64,000 bases of DNA from Candidatus Berkiella sp. (GCA_050252335.1 JBFWLB010000007.1:2261-66260), one strand, 5' to 3'. Positions 18,297 to 28,674 are shown, counted from the first letter of the stretch. Notes: a model not told the origin generated them from the letters alone. Numbers and translations are program-made.

Positions 18297-19817
18297 CTAT
18301 TCCATTTCTACCAATCCGCCTAAAAAATGACAAAATGGTTCAATATTGTGCCTAACACTAGCTTCCTCCAACGCCACCATATAAGCGGTACGTTGCTCAA
18401 CTGGAATAATAGTCCATGAATAGCCACCTGATGCACACATAGTGTTCATCAAGAAGCGACCAATCCGTCCATTACCATCCATATAGGGATGTATATATAC
18501 AAAAAAGAAATGACCAAGCACAATTCTGACAGATGCTTCTTTCTCTTCTTTCAATAAATCGAAAAAAGCCGGCATTAGCTCTCTAACTGCAGCAACATTT
18601 GGTGGAACATGGTGAGACCGGCGTATATAAACCTGGCTTCCTCGATAACCAGCTAAATCTGTTCTTTGCAATATATTTGCTGTAACACTTGGACCAAATA
18701 ACTCACGGTACCAATCGCCATGGGACTGCCATACAACTTGACCTGCATTTTCCCCTTGAATAATTTTTTCTATACTTTGCCTAACTACTTGAAAAGCTTG
18801 CCAATATCCACGCGCAGCTAATGCATCTTTTTGCTTTTGATCATTTTCATTTGTGTCCGGGTTCCAAGTCCCGCTCCTTACCTTTTCAATAAGGTCTAGA
18901 CTAACACGATAACCTTCGATAGAAAGAGAGTGATATGCATCCTGTACATATTTCTCATCAACATTGCTTAAATATGCTGTTACATTCAAAGATTGTAGTG
19001 GAGGGGGTGGAAAATTTCTGAGAATGACTTCCCGCATTTCATGCCACAATATTTTAATGCGACTAACGCAAGGAGATTCTGATCGTTGAGATAATAAAAT
19101 GGGTGCGGCATTTTCAAATGGATCACTTTCTCGCACATCATATTCTGCTAACTGCATAGCTTTAACGATATCATCAGCTATTTTATCTCGACCGATGTTT
19201 CTAAACGCCCCAGCTAAACGTCCTGCAATTGTACTGTGTCCGCCTTCTAGTAAAAGGGATAAAACTTGTGATGCATCATGAATCATAGCAACACTAGCTC
19301 TTGCATCTGTTGGATATTGTCTAAAAAATTTCTGAGAACAATTTAACAATGCTGGAACGAAAGAGTAAATTCTTAGCCCCTTTTTTTCTTCAGTTTCTTT
19401 TTGCTCTGGAAGATTATATCTTACGTTTAAAAATGAGGTTTCAAAGGGCAATGAAATGATTTTATTATCACCTTTTGTAGAATACACTAATAATTGTTTG
19501 GGTACTGTCCAATTATCTGCGTGCAATAATAAGGATTGCTCTGGCGACAAACACCATTCTTGGTTAAATCGTTGATTTAAATAAGATGCACAAAAATCCC
19601 AATACGAAGCATACCAAGCCGTGCTTTCTCCGGTGGATTCGTCTGGGCGCGATGGTATATACCACCCCTTCATCACTTCTTGGATAAAACCATTTTTTTG
19701 CAGGCGCTCTCTATGCACACGAGTCAAATCCCGAGATCTAATTGCCACAAGTCCTTGGTCTTGTAATACTTTTAACGATTCAAGTGACTGAGCTAATTTC
19801 TCGGATGGGGTTGCCAT
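18297..19817 (-). CDS. Fic-domain protein with extended N-terminus
   Basis: HPYMDGNGRIGR Fic motif; inhibitory SLSIEG (S/TxxxEG) motif. Confidence 0.92.
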   Translation of the reverse strand: MATPSEKLAQSLESLKVLQDQGLVAIRSRDLTRVHRERLQKNGFIQEVMKGWYIPSRPDESTGESTAWYASYWDFCASYLNQRFNQEWCLSPEQSLLLHADNWTVPKQLLVYSTKGDNKIISLPFETSFLNVRYNLPEQKETEEKKGLRIYSFVPALLNCSQKFFRQYPTDARASVAMIHDASQVLSLLLEGGHSTIAGRLAGAFRNIGRDKIADDIVKAMQLAEYDVRESDPFENAAPILLSQRSESPCVSRIKILWHEMREVILRNFPPPPLQSLNVTAYLSNVDEKYVQDAYHSLSIEGYRVSLDLIEKVRSGTWNPDTNENDQKQKDALAARGYWQAFQVVRQSIEKIIQGENAGQVVWQSHGDWYRELFGPSVTANILQRTDLAGYRGSQVYIRRSHHVPPNVAAVRELMPAFFDLLKEEKEASVRIVLGHFFFVYIHPYMDGNGRIGRFLMNTMCASGGYSWTIIPVEQRTAYMVALEEASVRHNIEPFCHFLGGLVEME

Positions 19818-19826
19818 TTCATGTAT

Positions 19827-19892
19827 TAATCCTAGGTTATTATGTTGTTTTAATTATAGGTTATTATGTTGTGCTAATTCTAGGTTATTATG
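19827..19892. repeat. Three direct repeats, 24-bp period, just upstream of the Fic gene
   Basis: taggttattatg at 19833, 19857 and 19881. Confidence 0.85.
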
Positions 19893-20088
19893 CGATAAAT
19901 AAAAATAAATACATAAATATCAATAAATTATGAAATTTAATATATAGAAAAATTCTTTTTTAAAAATGAAATATTATGCGAAAAAGAGGATTTAGTGGTG
20001 ATTAATATAGCTGTACATACAACTAATTATCGCATCTTATTAGGTGGAGATTAAACTAGGGTACTAGTTTAGCCGGCTACACATCATG

Positions 20089-20167
20089 AAAGCCCGTAAC
20101 TTCTTAAAATTAAAGGCTTTTTAGTCGTTCTAGTTTTTCGTTGGATTTAAAACTGGGGCGGCGGGAA
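20089..20167 (-). repeat. Distal att site: displaced, damaged tmRNA 3' fragment plus duplicated downstream arm
   Basis: ggcggcgggaa (20157-20167) = 33067-33077; tgga is missing relative to ssrA; homology continues ~65 bp (ggctttttagtcgttct...tttcgttggatttaaa) with 32995-33059. Confidence 0.88.
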
Positions 20168-20408
20168 CTGATTTAAGCACCTATCTAATTGATATTATAT
20201 GACTTTATCAAAACACATTTTTCACGATACTACTATCAGTACAGCTAAAATGAAAAGTCATGCATTTTAACATGGTGTACTTACAACAAAATGGGCTGGA
20301 TGTTTACCCCCCAAGATGTCCTTTTTTAGTTAGCTCGTGTAATATACTTAATATTTAGACTAAGGTGTTCTAGGCGGTACTATATACCCCTAGGGGGTAC
20401 TGTAAAAG

Positions 20409-23400
20409 GTGAAGTTCAACGAAGATTCAAGAGTGAAGATACCCACAATCCTGCATTTGATGCGGTTGGGTTATGGCTATCTGTCTCTAAAAGACCCAAA
20501 GCTCAAACGGGACGAATCTACAAACATCTTTACAGAAATCTTTTTACAAAGCATAAAGCGAATCAACCCTTCCCTAAACGACCTAGAAGCCCAGCAGCTA
20601 CTCTCTGACGTCTCGCTTACCCTAGAGAACGAAGATCTAGGCAAAGCCTTCTATGAAAAGCTCATCGACAAATCTGGTGTTCGCCTCATAGACTTAGAAG
20701 ACTTTAATAACAACTCATTTAATGTTGTCACTGAGCTAACCTACAAAAAAGACGAAGAGGAATTCCGACCGGATATTACTCTGCTCATTAATGGCCTGCC
20801 ATTAGCATTTATAGAAGTTAAGCGACCAAACAACCGCGATGGTATATTAGCTGAGCACAAGCGTATACAAACACGCTTTCAGAACAAGAAGTTTAGAAAT
20901 TTCATTAACATTACCCAGCTAATGGTGTTCTCCAATAATATGGAGTATGACGACAGCACGCCCAGGCCTATTGAGGGGGCATTTTATGCTACGCCATCTT
21001 ATAGCAAGCCCACATTCAATTATTTTCGTGAAGAGCATGTTTTTGACTTAAATGTTTTACTTTCAGATGTGGATGACGAAGAAGAAACTGCATTACTTAA
21101 AGATACTAACTTGCTAAGCATAAAGCAGTCACCAGAATTTGCAAATAACAAAAGTCCTGATACCCCCACAAACCGTATTTGTACTTCACTATTCCAGCGT
21201 GAACGAATTGCTTTTTTACTTGAGTTTGGCTTGGCCTATGTGAAAAAACGAATAGGTGTTGAAAAACATATAATGCGTTATCCGCAAATTTTCGCCACTA
21301 TGGCTATAGAGCAAAAACTTTCTGAGGGTGTAAAAAAAGGCATTATCTGGCACACGCAAGGTAGTGGTAAAACAGCATTGGCTTACTACAATGTAAAATA
21401 TCTCTCTGACTACTTTCAGAATCAAAACATTATCGCTAAATTCTATTTTATTGTTGACAGACTCGATTTGCTTGTTCAAGCAGGCCGTGAGTTTAGATCG
21501 CGTGGATTAGTTGTACACAACATCAATTCAAAAGAAGATTTTGCCAAGGACATCAAAAAAACTACGGCCATACACAACGTTAGTGGCAAAGCTGAAATTA
21601 CAGTCGTCAATATTCAAAAATTTAAGGATGATCCAAACGTTATAAAAAGCGGTGACTATAACGTCAATATTCAGCGAGTATTCTTTTTAGATGAGGTTCA
21701 TCGTAGCTATAATCCAAAAGGCAGCTTTTTAGCCAATTTGGAGCAAGCCGACCGTGATGCAATCAAGATTGGTTTAACTGGTACACCGCTGTTGGGTGAA
21801 GAATATAACTCCAAATTGTTGTTCGGTAATTACATTCACAAATACTATTACAACGCATCCATTAAAGATGGGTATACACTGCGATTGATTCGTGAGGACA
21901 TTGAAACCAGTTATAAACTTGATTTGCAAAAGACTCTCGCAGCAATCTATGAAGACACTGAGATTCTAAAAGGGAGCGGCAACAAAAAACTAGTTTATGC
22001 ACACAAAAGATTTGTAGAGCCAATGCTCGATTACATCATAAAGGATTTTGAGCAAGCCCGTATATCCTTCAACGATAACACTATAGGCGGTATGGTTATA
22101 TGTGATTCTTCAGAGCAAGCTAAAATGATGTTTGATATTTTTCAAGCACAATACGCTAAACCACAAGGCCTAGAGGAGCAGTCAGGATCTGATAACTTGA
22201 CCTCAGAACCAGCCTCATATAAAGCCAAGGAGAAACTAAATAGCCAGGTTACTAATGCCGCCGTTATCTTGCACGATGTTGAAACTAAGGATGAACGCAA
22301 AAAACTAGTCGAAGACTTCAAAGAAGGTAAAATTGACCTCTTGTTCGTATATAACATGTTGCTTACCGGATTCGACTCTCCACGCCTTAAAAAGCTATAC
22401 ATAGGGCGTGTAATTAAAGCCCACAATCTATTGCAAGCCCTTACGCGTGTAAACCGTACCTATCACAATTTTAACTATGGCTATGTGGTGGACTTTGCCG
22501 ATATAGAAAGTGAATTTGAGAAAACAAACAGAGACTATTTTAGAGAACTTCAATCTGAGCTAGGTGATGAAATTGAGCACTATAGTAATCTGTTTAAATC
22601 TCAAGATGAAATCTTAAAAGAAATACAAGAGATCAAAGAAACCCTATTCCATTTTGACACCACTAATGCCGAAATATTTTCGGGTCAAATTTCGCAGATC
22701 AATTCCCGTAGTGAAATGTTAAAAATCACACGCGCCTTAAACAATGCCAAGAGCCTTTATAATCTTATTCGCTTGGCAGGCGATTATGAAATGCTTGAAA
22801 GGCTAGACTTTCAAATGCTCACTGTATTATCTAGGGAGGCAGATAGGCGTCTAGCCCTTATCAATACCAAAGAAGCGTTAGAAAGTAGCGTTGATACCTC
22901 AAACTTGCTTAACGTTGCCTTAGAAGATGTTATCTTTGCGTTCACCAAAGTCAGTGAAGAAGAAATGATTTTAGCTGATGAGCTAAAAAACACGCTTCAA
23001 AGAACACGTGAAGGCCTAGGTGAGAATTTTGATCCCCGTGATCCTGAGTTTGTTTCACTAAAAGAAGAACTTGAACGTCTATTTAAGAAGAAAAACTTAA
23101 GCGAGATCACCAAAGAGCAGATGGAAAGCAACATTAAGGCTTTAAATGATATATATAAACGGGCCAAAGAGCTAGAAAGAAAAAACCAGCTATTAAGGGC
23201 TAAATATGACAATGATGAAAAATATGCTCGTTTACATAAACGTCTCATGGAAAAAGATCCTTTAACGGATAGTGAGAGCAAACTTTTTGAGGCCCTAAAA
23301 AGCTTAAAAACTGAAGTTGACAATAAAATACAACAGAACTCAAAAATGTTAGAAAATGAAAACTATGTTAAAAAAATGGTTACTAAGCTTGTTATCAATC

Positions 23401-23516
23401 AGTTCAGAAACAAGCACATACCTTTAACCCCAGATGCAACCAGACGCATCAACGGTTTAGTGGTAAATGAATATATGAACGAATACTATGGGGGAGCAGG
23501 TACAGCTCGTCTGTAA
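20409..23516 (+). CDS. hsdR: Type I restriction enzyme subunit R
   Basis: RPD...IEVK nuclease motif, HTQGSGKT Walker A, DEVH, GLTGTP, MLLTGFD. Confidence 0.95.
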   Translation: MKFNEDSRVKIPTILHLMRLGYGYLSLKDPKLKRDESTNIFTEIFLQSIKRINPSLNDLEAQQLLSDVSLTLENEDLGKAFYEKLIDKSGVRLIDLEDFNNNSFNVVTELTYKKDEEEFRPDITLLINGLPLAFIEVKRPNNRDGILAEHKRIQTRFQNKKFRNFINITQLMVFSNNMEYDDSTPRPIEGAFYATPSYSKPTFNYFREEHVFDLNVLLSDVDDEEETALLKDTNLLSIKQSPEFANNKSPDTPTNRICTSLFQRERIAFLLEFGLAYVKKRIGVEKHIMRYPQIFATMAIEQKLSEGVKKGIIWHTQGSGKTALAYYNVKYLSDYFQNQNIIAKFYFIVDRLDLLVQAGREFRSRGLVVHNINSKEDFAKDIKKTTAIHNVSGKAEITVVNIQKFKDDPNVIKSGDYNVNIQRVFFLDEVHRSYNPKGSFLANLEQADRDAIKIGLTGTPLLGEEYNSKLLFGNYIHKYYYNASIKDGYTLRLIREDIETSYKLDLQKTLAAIYEDTEILKGSGNKKLVYAHKRFVEPMLDYIIKDFEQARISFNDNTIGGMVICDSSEQAKMMFDIFQAQYAKPQGLEEQSGSDNLTSEPASYKAKEKLNSQVTNAAVILHDVETKDERKKLVEDFKEGKIDLLFVYNMLLTGFDSPRLKKLYIGRVIKAHNLLQALTRVNRTYHNFNYGYVVDFADIESEFEKTNRDYFRELQSELGDEIEHYSNLFKSQDEILKEIQEIKETLFHFDTTNAEIFSGQISQINSRSEMLKITRALNNAKSLYNLIRLAGDYEMLERLDFQMLTVLSREADRRLALINTKEALESSVDTSNLLNVALEDVIFAFTKVSEEEMILADELKNTLQRTREGLGENFDPRDPEFVSLKEELERLFKKKNLSEITKEQMESNIKALNDIYKRAKELERKNQLLRAKYDNDEKYARLHKRLMEKDPLTDSESKLFEALKSLKTEVDNKIQQNSKMLENENYVKKMVTKLVINQFRNKHIPLTPDATRRINGLVVNEYMNEYYGGAGTARL

Positions 23517-23563
23517 TCTAACCTTGAAGCCTGGTTTCAGGCCATCTACCTAGAGAAGAAAAA

Positions 23564-25198
23564 ATGACAGAATCTAAACAATTTGAACAACAAACCAAAA
23601 TGCTCATAGATGATTTAAAAACTGTCTGCGCCAACTATGGTTTGGGCAACGATGGTAATGAATTTAAAATTATCGCTCAAGTATTTTTGTATAAATTTCT
23701 GAACGACAAGTTCGTTTATGAAATTAAGCAATTAGACAAAAAGATCGCCAAGGCAAAAAAATGGGAAGATGCGCTTAACAAATTAGATAAAGATGAATAT
23801 GAAATGTTAATGATGCAGCTAAGCGAAAGTACAGCTCATATAAGGCAAGAGCATTTTATTTCAACTTTATTTGCAAAGCAAAACGAACCAAATTTTGCTG
23901 ATATTTTTGATAACACGTTAGTTGATATTGCCCGTGACAATAGTGATATCTTCTCAGTGCTCACGGCAGGTGGTGAAAAAATAGTACTATTTGATACTTT
24001 AAGTAGATATGTCACTGACAACCGCGATGATTTTTGTAGGGCTATCATTAATAAACTCACAGGCTTTAGCTTCGAACATATTTTTCATCAAAAGTTTGAT
24101 TTTTATGCCACTATTTTTGAGTATCTGATTAAAGATTACAATACTAACAGTGGCGGAAAATATGCAGAATACTTCACCCCACATGCTGTATCTAAAATTA
24201 TGGCGCGTTGCTTAGTCCCCAAAAAGAAAGGGGCAAAAGTTCAAAATGTGACCTGTTACGATCCTTCAGCAGGCTCTGGCACCTTGCTAATGAACCTAGC
24301 CCATGCGATAGGCGAAGACAAATGCACCATCTATTCTCAAGATATCTCACAGAAATCCTCAAGTTTATTGCGTTTAAATCTAATCCTTAACGATTTAGTA
24401 CACTCCATACACAATATAATTCAGGGTAACACTTTACGGGATCCCTTCCATAAAAAGGATAATGGCGAGTTAGCACAATTTGACTATATCGTTTCAAATC
24501 CGCCATTTAAACTCGACTTTTCTGGCTACCGTGATGAACTAGAAAGCAAAGAAAATCATGACCGGTTTTTTGCAGGTGTCCCCAGTGTACCGAAAAAGAA
24601 AAAAGAGTCCATGGCAATTTATTTAATGTTCCTACAGCATATTATCTATTCATTAAAGGCTAAAGGTAAGGCCGCTGTTGTTGTACCAACAGGGTTTATT
24701 ACCGCTCAAAGTGGAATCGATAAAGCTATTCGACAAAAACTGGTAGATGAGAAAATGCTTGCAGGGGTGGTAAGTATGCCTTCAAATATTTTTGCCAATA
24801 CTGGTACCAATGTTTCGATTATATTTATCGATAAAACAAATAAAGAAGATGTGGTATTGATAGATGCCTCAAATCTTGGTGAAACCATTAAGGATGGCAA
24901 AAATCAAAAAACTGTTTTGTCACATGCTGAAGAAGATCAGATTATTAACACGTTTAATGATAAAAAGCCGGTTGATGATTTCTCAGTGGTGGTTAGCTAT
25001 GCCGATATTGCATCGGAAAACTATTCACTAAGTGCAGGACAGTATTTTGAGGTAAAAATCGAGCATGTAGATATTTCACAAAAGGAATTCTTGAATAGGC
25101 TGAATGAGTTTGAGGTGAACATTAGACAGTTATTTAAAGATTCTAAAAGCCTAGAAAATGAGATTATTCAAAATATTAAAGGATTAAATTTTAAATGA
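23564..25198 (+). CDS. hsdM: Type I R-M N6-adenine methyltransferase subunit M
   Basis: EYFTP, YDPSAGSG motif I, NPPF motif IV. Confidence 0.95.
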   Translation: MTESKQFEQQTKMLIDDLKTVCANYGLGNDGNEFKIIAQVFLYKFLNDKFVYEIKQLDKKIAKAKKWEDALNKLDKDEYEMLMMQLSESTAHIRQEHFISTLFAKQNEPNFADIFDNTLVDIARDNSDIFSVLTAGGEKIVLFDTLSRYVTDNRDDFCRAIINKLTGFSFEHIFHQKFDFYATIFEYLIKDYNTNSGGKYAEYFTPHAVSKIMARCLVPKKKGAKVQNVTCYDPSAGSGTLLMNLAHAIGEDKCTIYSQDISQKSSSLLRLNLILNDLVHSIHNIIQGNTLRDPFHKKDNGELAQFDYIVSNPPFKLDFSGYRDELESKENHDRFFAGVPSVPKKKKESMAIYLMFLQHIIYSLKAKGKAAVVVPTGFITAQSGIDKAIRQKLVDEKMLAGVVSMPSNIFANTGTNVSIIFIDKTNKEDVVLIDASNLGETIKDGKNQKTVLSHAEEDQIINTFNDKKPVDDFSVVVSYADIASENYSLSAGQYFEVKIEHVDISQKEFLNRLNEFEVNIRQLFKDSKSLENEIIQNIKGLNFK

Positions 25199-26502
25199 AA
25201 TTGTTAAAATTAAAATCTGTTTCAAATGTTATAACGGGGTTTCCATTTAAAGGTAATGAATATACTGATCGAGGAGTTAGGACAGTTAGAGGTGAAAATG
25301 TTACTGAAGGTAGGCTTCGTTGGGATTCTACAAAACATTGGAATCAACCTTTTGATAAATTTGAGGAATACAGTTTAAAAGCTGACGATATAGTAGTTGG
25401 CATGGATGGGTCAAAAGTTGGGAAAAATAAGGCTAGAATATTTGAAAAAGACTTACCGCTATTACTTGCTCAACGAGTCGCATGTATAAGAGCTAAAAAA
25501 GGAACTGACCAAGTTTTTTTATATTACTGTATAAATAATAATAGATTTGAGGATTATGTTTACCGTATTCAAACTGGATCGGCTGTACCCCATATTAGCA
25601 AAACTCAAATTGAAGAATATTCAATTCCAGCCTTTGATCTTGACACGCAAAAAAAATTATCTAAGACTCTTTCTGATCTAGACAGAAAAATAGAAATCAA
25701 CAACAAAATCAACACCAAACTAGAAGCCATGGCCAAGCTCATCTACGAATATTGGTTTGTACAATTCGACTTCCCTGATGCTAAAGGCAAACCTTACAAA
25801 TCCTCTGGTGGCAAAATGGTTTATAACGAAGCGCTAAAGTATGAAATTCCTGAAGGATGGGAAGCTAAAGAGCTAGCTTCAATATTAAAATGTAATTATT
25901 CTTCAATTGGAAAGAATGGCTCGTTTGATGTGATTGAATATTTGGATACAGGAAGTTTAACAAAGAATGTCGTTAAAGGCACTGAACGAATATATCCTTT
26001 AGAAGATAAAGTACCCAGTAGGGCGAAAAGAATCGTTGGTAAAGATGATATTTTATACTCTACAGTGCGGCCAAACTTGTGCCACTATGGAATAATCAAA
26101 AAACCATTACATAACATGGTGGCTTCAACTGGATTTGCGCAGCTTGCTAGTAGAATAGGCTGGATTAGCAACGATTTAATTTATACGTTTTTAACCTCAC
26201 CTTGGGTTACGAGCAAGTTACACCAAATAGCTACATTATCGGTATCTGCATACCCTTCAATATCACCAAATAATATTTTGGAGTTAAATATAGCTTTACC
26301 AAAAGATAAAAAATTTTTTGAGCCTATCAATTTAATGTTTGCCACAATCTATTCAAAAATTTCACTTAATCAACAAGAGAATATAGAATTGTCCGCGTTA
26401 AGGGACTGGCTCCTCCCCATGCTAATGAACGGGCAAGTTACAGTGAAAGGAACGCACCATAGTAAAAAAGGGAAGTTAAAACATGGCAGCGCAATACTCT
26501 AA
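25195..26502 (+). CDS. hsdS: Type I R-M specificity subunit S
   Basis: Two TRDs separated by the conserved WFVQFDFPD...EIPEGW spacer; LRDWLLPMLMNGQV C-terminal motif; ATGA overlap with hsdM. Confidence 0.93.
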   Translation: MKLLKLKSVSNVITGFPFKGNEYTDRGVRTVRGENVTEGRLRWDSTKHWNQPFDKFEEYSLKADDIVVGMDGSKVGKNKARIFEKDLPLLLAQRVACIRAKKGTDQVFLYYCINNNRFEDYVYRIQTGSAVPHISKTQIEEYSIPAFDLDTQKKLSKTLSDLDRKIEINNKINTKLEAMAKLIYEYWFVQFDFPDAKGKPYKSSGGKMVYNEALKYEIPEGWEAKELASILKCNYSSIGKNGSFDVIEYLDTGSLTKNVVKGTERIYPLEDKVPSRAKRIVGKDDILYSTVRPNLCHYGIIKKPLHNMVASTGFAQLASRIGWISNDLIYTFLTSPWVTSKLHQIATLSVSAYPSISPNNILELNIALPKDKKFFEPINLMFATIYSKISLNQQENIELSALRDWLLPMLMNGQVTVKGTHHSKKGKLKHGSAIL

Positions 26503-27679
26503 CCGTCATTTTTTCAGAAAAACACCGAATTGGTATCTGGCTAAATATTTTGAAGACAAGGGTATTCAGCTTGGCATAAAGGTGTACGAACTACAGGAAA
26601 ATGATGATGAAGCCTTGCAAAATGCCTTGAACCAACTACAGCCCGACCAAATAGCGAGCATCGAAGCAGAGTTTCAAGATGTAAATGCCTTGGCCTGTGA
26701 GGGAGGTATTATAGCTCTGGTTGACGAAGCAAGTTTTCACAATGACCAAGGCTTTATTAAAGAAATTGCTGCTATAGATGGCATGCACGCAAAAGCTATG
26801 TATGCATTTCTCAATAAACCTCAATATTGGCGAGGTGCGGCGATGTTTTTACATGCCGACAATGTAAGTCCATCATATTGGAAGAAACGCAACGATTTCC
26901 TCAATTTACCACCACACCTTGAAAATGATGATACCGACGCTTTTGCCGAAGCAATTAGTGAGTATTTTTCAGGTAAGGAAGGAAGGGGTAAAAATTGTAT
27001 TGTTGAGTCCTATCGCCGCAACCAAAAAGAATATCTCTTTGCTCATCCAGAGGATTTTGGGCAAACCGCTATTGAATGGGTAGGTGGAACTTTAACAAAC
27101 CAAGCGCATCATCCAGCTTTTGAGATTATTTTTGTATACTGTGAAACGGAAGGTTCGCTAGACATATACGCCCCTAGAAATGGGAAAGCAGTACCAGATT
27201 TACAGGCACTATTTGCTAAACATATTTTAAAGCTAGATAGTTTGTCCGAATGGCAAAAGGATCAACGTGTTTATGAGTTAAACACCATATTAGAGAAAGG
27301 TTTTGAATTTAAAATAGAGCCAACGTCAGGCATTTCTAGCGTATTAATCACTAGCCTTCGAGTAACGTTAAAAGAGGATCGAAAAAAGCGCATTATGGTG
27401 GAAGCTGATGCGTATAAAGATGATAAAGCCGTCTTTAGATTACTAGATCGATTGAATTTGCCCCCGTATGACGTAACCCAACTAAGTTTAAAAGTAACCT
27501 TTGAGCCAGTGGGTGGTGCAAAGGCCAAATCTAAGCGAGTAAATATTACTTACCCCAATTCATGTGCGTTGAATCACGATGGCAATGATCTAAAAATACG
27601 CCAAATGCTTGCTCGGTCTGGGCTTGAGCCCAAAGCGGTCGAGGTTAAAACGGTTGAGCCAGAAGCGATAATGGCTTAA
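26483..27679 (+). CDS. Hypothetical island protein (orfA, 398 aa)
   Basis: Long ORF with SD aaggga, overlapping the hsdS end by 20 nt; no family recognised. Confidence 0.8.
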   Translation: MAAQYSNRHFFRKTPNWYLAKYFEDKGIQLGIKVYELQENDDEALQNALNQLQPDQIASIEAEFQDVNALACEGGIIALVDEASFHNDQGFIKEIAAIDGMHAKAMYAFLNKPQYWRGAAMFLHADNVSPSYWKKRNDFLNLPPHLENDDTDAFAEAISEYFSGKEGRGKNCIVESYRRNQKEYLFAHPEDFGQTAIEWVGGTLTNQAHHPAFEIIFVYCETEGSLDIYAPRNGKAVPDLQALFAKHILKLDSLSEWQKDQRVYELNTILEKGFEFKIEPTSGISSVLITSLRVTLKEDRKKRIMVEADAYKDDKAVFRLLDRLNLPPYDVTQLSLKVTFEPVGGAKAKSKRVNITYPNSCALNHDGNDLKIRQMLARSGLEPKAVEVKTVEPEAIMA

Positions 27680-28471
27680 ATGACACTTGATGAAAATCAG
27701 CTATTAATCGAAATATTAACCCGCTTAAGCACTGTTGGCAATTCTATAAGCCTTAGTTTTGATGAGGTTGAGCAATGGCCTAGCGGCTTGTTAAATACGC
27801 TTGTGCAGGCAGGATTGCTTGTTAAGGACGTACAAGCTCAGTCACTTCAGTGTACAGGTTGTGAGTATGGCTGTTTTATGCCGGTAGTTTTTGCTGAGGA
27901 CACCCTTCGGGCTTTTATTGTGTGTGATCATTCTGAACAGCAAGATCATATGGGGCGTATTGCAGTTAATTTATCACGACTTAGTCAGTGGCAGCTAAAT
28001 ACCAAACAAGTGGCTACTGTGCTTGCAAAGCTATTGAAGGTGGAAGCTAAGCCCTTGTATCAAGCAAAAACTGGTAGCTATGCCCTTGGCATGCTTAAAA
28101 GCCCAAAGGGGCGATGTGCGGCGGTATTAGCCTCCACACCTCTGTCTGTTGTAATCAATCAGCATTCAGTACTTATTAGCGACTTGTTATATATTGAAGC
28201 TAATCGCTTGGTTATTGATTCTCAAAAAATTGATACTGTTCTTCACGCCAAACCATTGAGTAAAGGAAAAGTTTACACTGCCCATTCTGATAAACAGCAA
28301 GATAGAAAGTGGGCTACTCAAGCAATGTATGCTGATTGGCAAGACCAGTATAAAAAGCTAAAGCGGGAGCACCCAACAAAATCTGACCTGTGGATTTCAC
28401 GTCAAATATCAAAGATGGCTATTGGTAAAGGTAAAAGCCCAGAAACCATTAGAAAAAATATGAAAGACTAA
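27680..28471 (+). CDS. Hypothetical Cys-cluster protein with possible C-terminal HTH (orfB, 263 aa)
   Basis: Starts immediately after the orfA stop; CTGCEYGC...CD cluster; basic C-terminus SRQISK...PETIRKNM. Confidence 0.75.
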   Translation: MTLDENQLLIEILTRLSTVGNSISLSFDEVEQWPSGLLNTLVQAGLLVKDVQAQSLQCTGCEYGCFMPVVFAEDTLRAFIVCDHSEQQDHMGRIAVNLSRLSQWQLNTKQVATVLAKLLKVEAKPLYQAKTGSYALGMLKSPKGRCAAVLASTPLSVVINQHSVLISDLLYIEANRLVIDSQKIDTVLHAKPLSKGKVYTAHSDKQQDRKWATQAMYADWQDQYKKLKREHPTKSDLWISRQISKMAIGKGKSPETIRKNMKD

Positions 28472-28476
28472 AAAAG

Positions 28477-28623
28477 TTGTGCGGAAATTTTTCGCACAAA
28501 TAACCTATTGATTGACAAAGAATTTGTTCGCTAGGATTCGTTTATTTATTATTGTTTCTTTAGCCCGTGTCGTTGAATCCATTGCACTTGTGGCATTGGT
28601 TGCCTGCCTTTTTTCGCACAAAT
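28477..28623. promoter_or_regulatory. Putative operator sites upstream of alpA
   Basis: Palindrome ttgtgcgg-N7-tcgcacaa (28477-28499) and 14-bp direct repeat tttttcgcacaaat (28488, 28610). Confidence 0.5.
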
Positions 28624-28674
28624 CGCCCAATCATCATGGAACCTCATTCCCAGGAACGTTAAAGAGGTTTCAAA

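Noticed and set aside
19827-19892. Possible CRISPR array
   Set aside because: Repeats are contiguous at a 24-bp period with near-identical intervening sequence, no unique spacers and no cas genes
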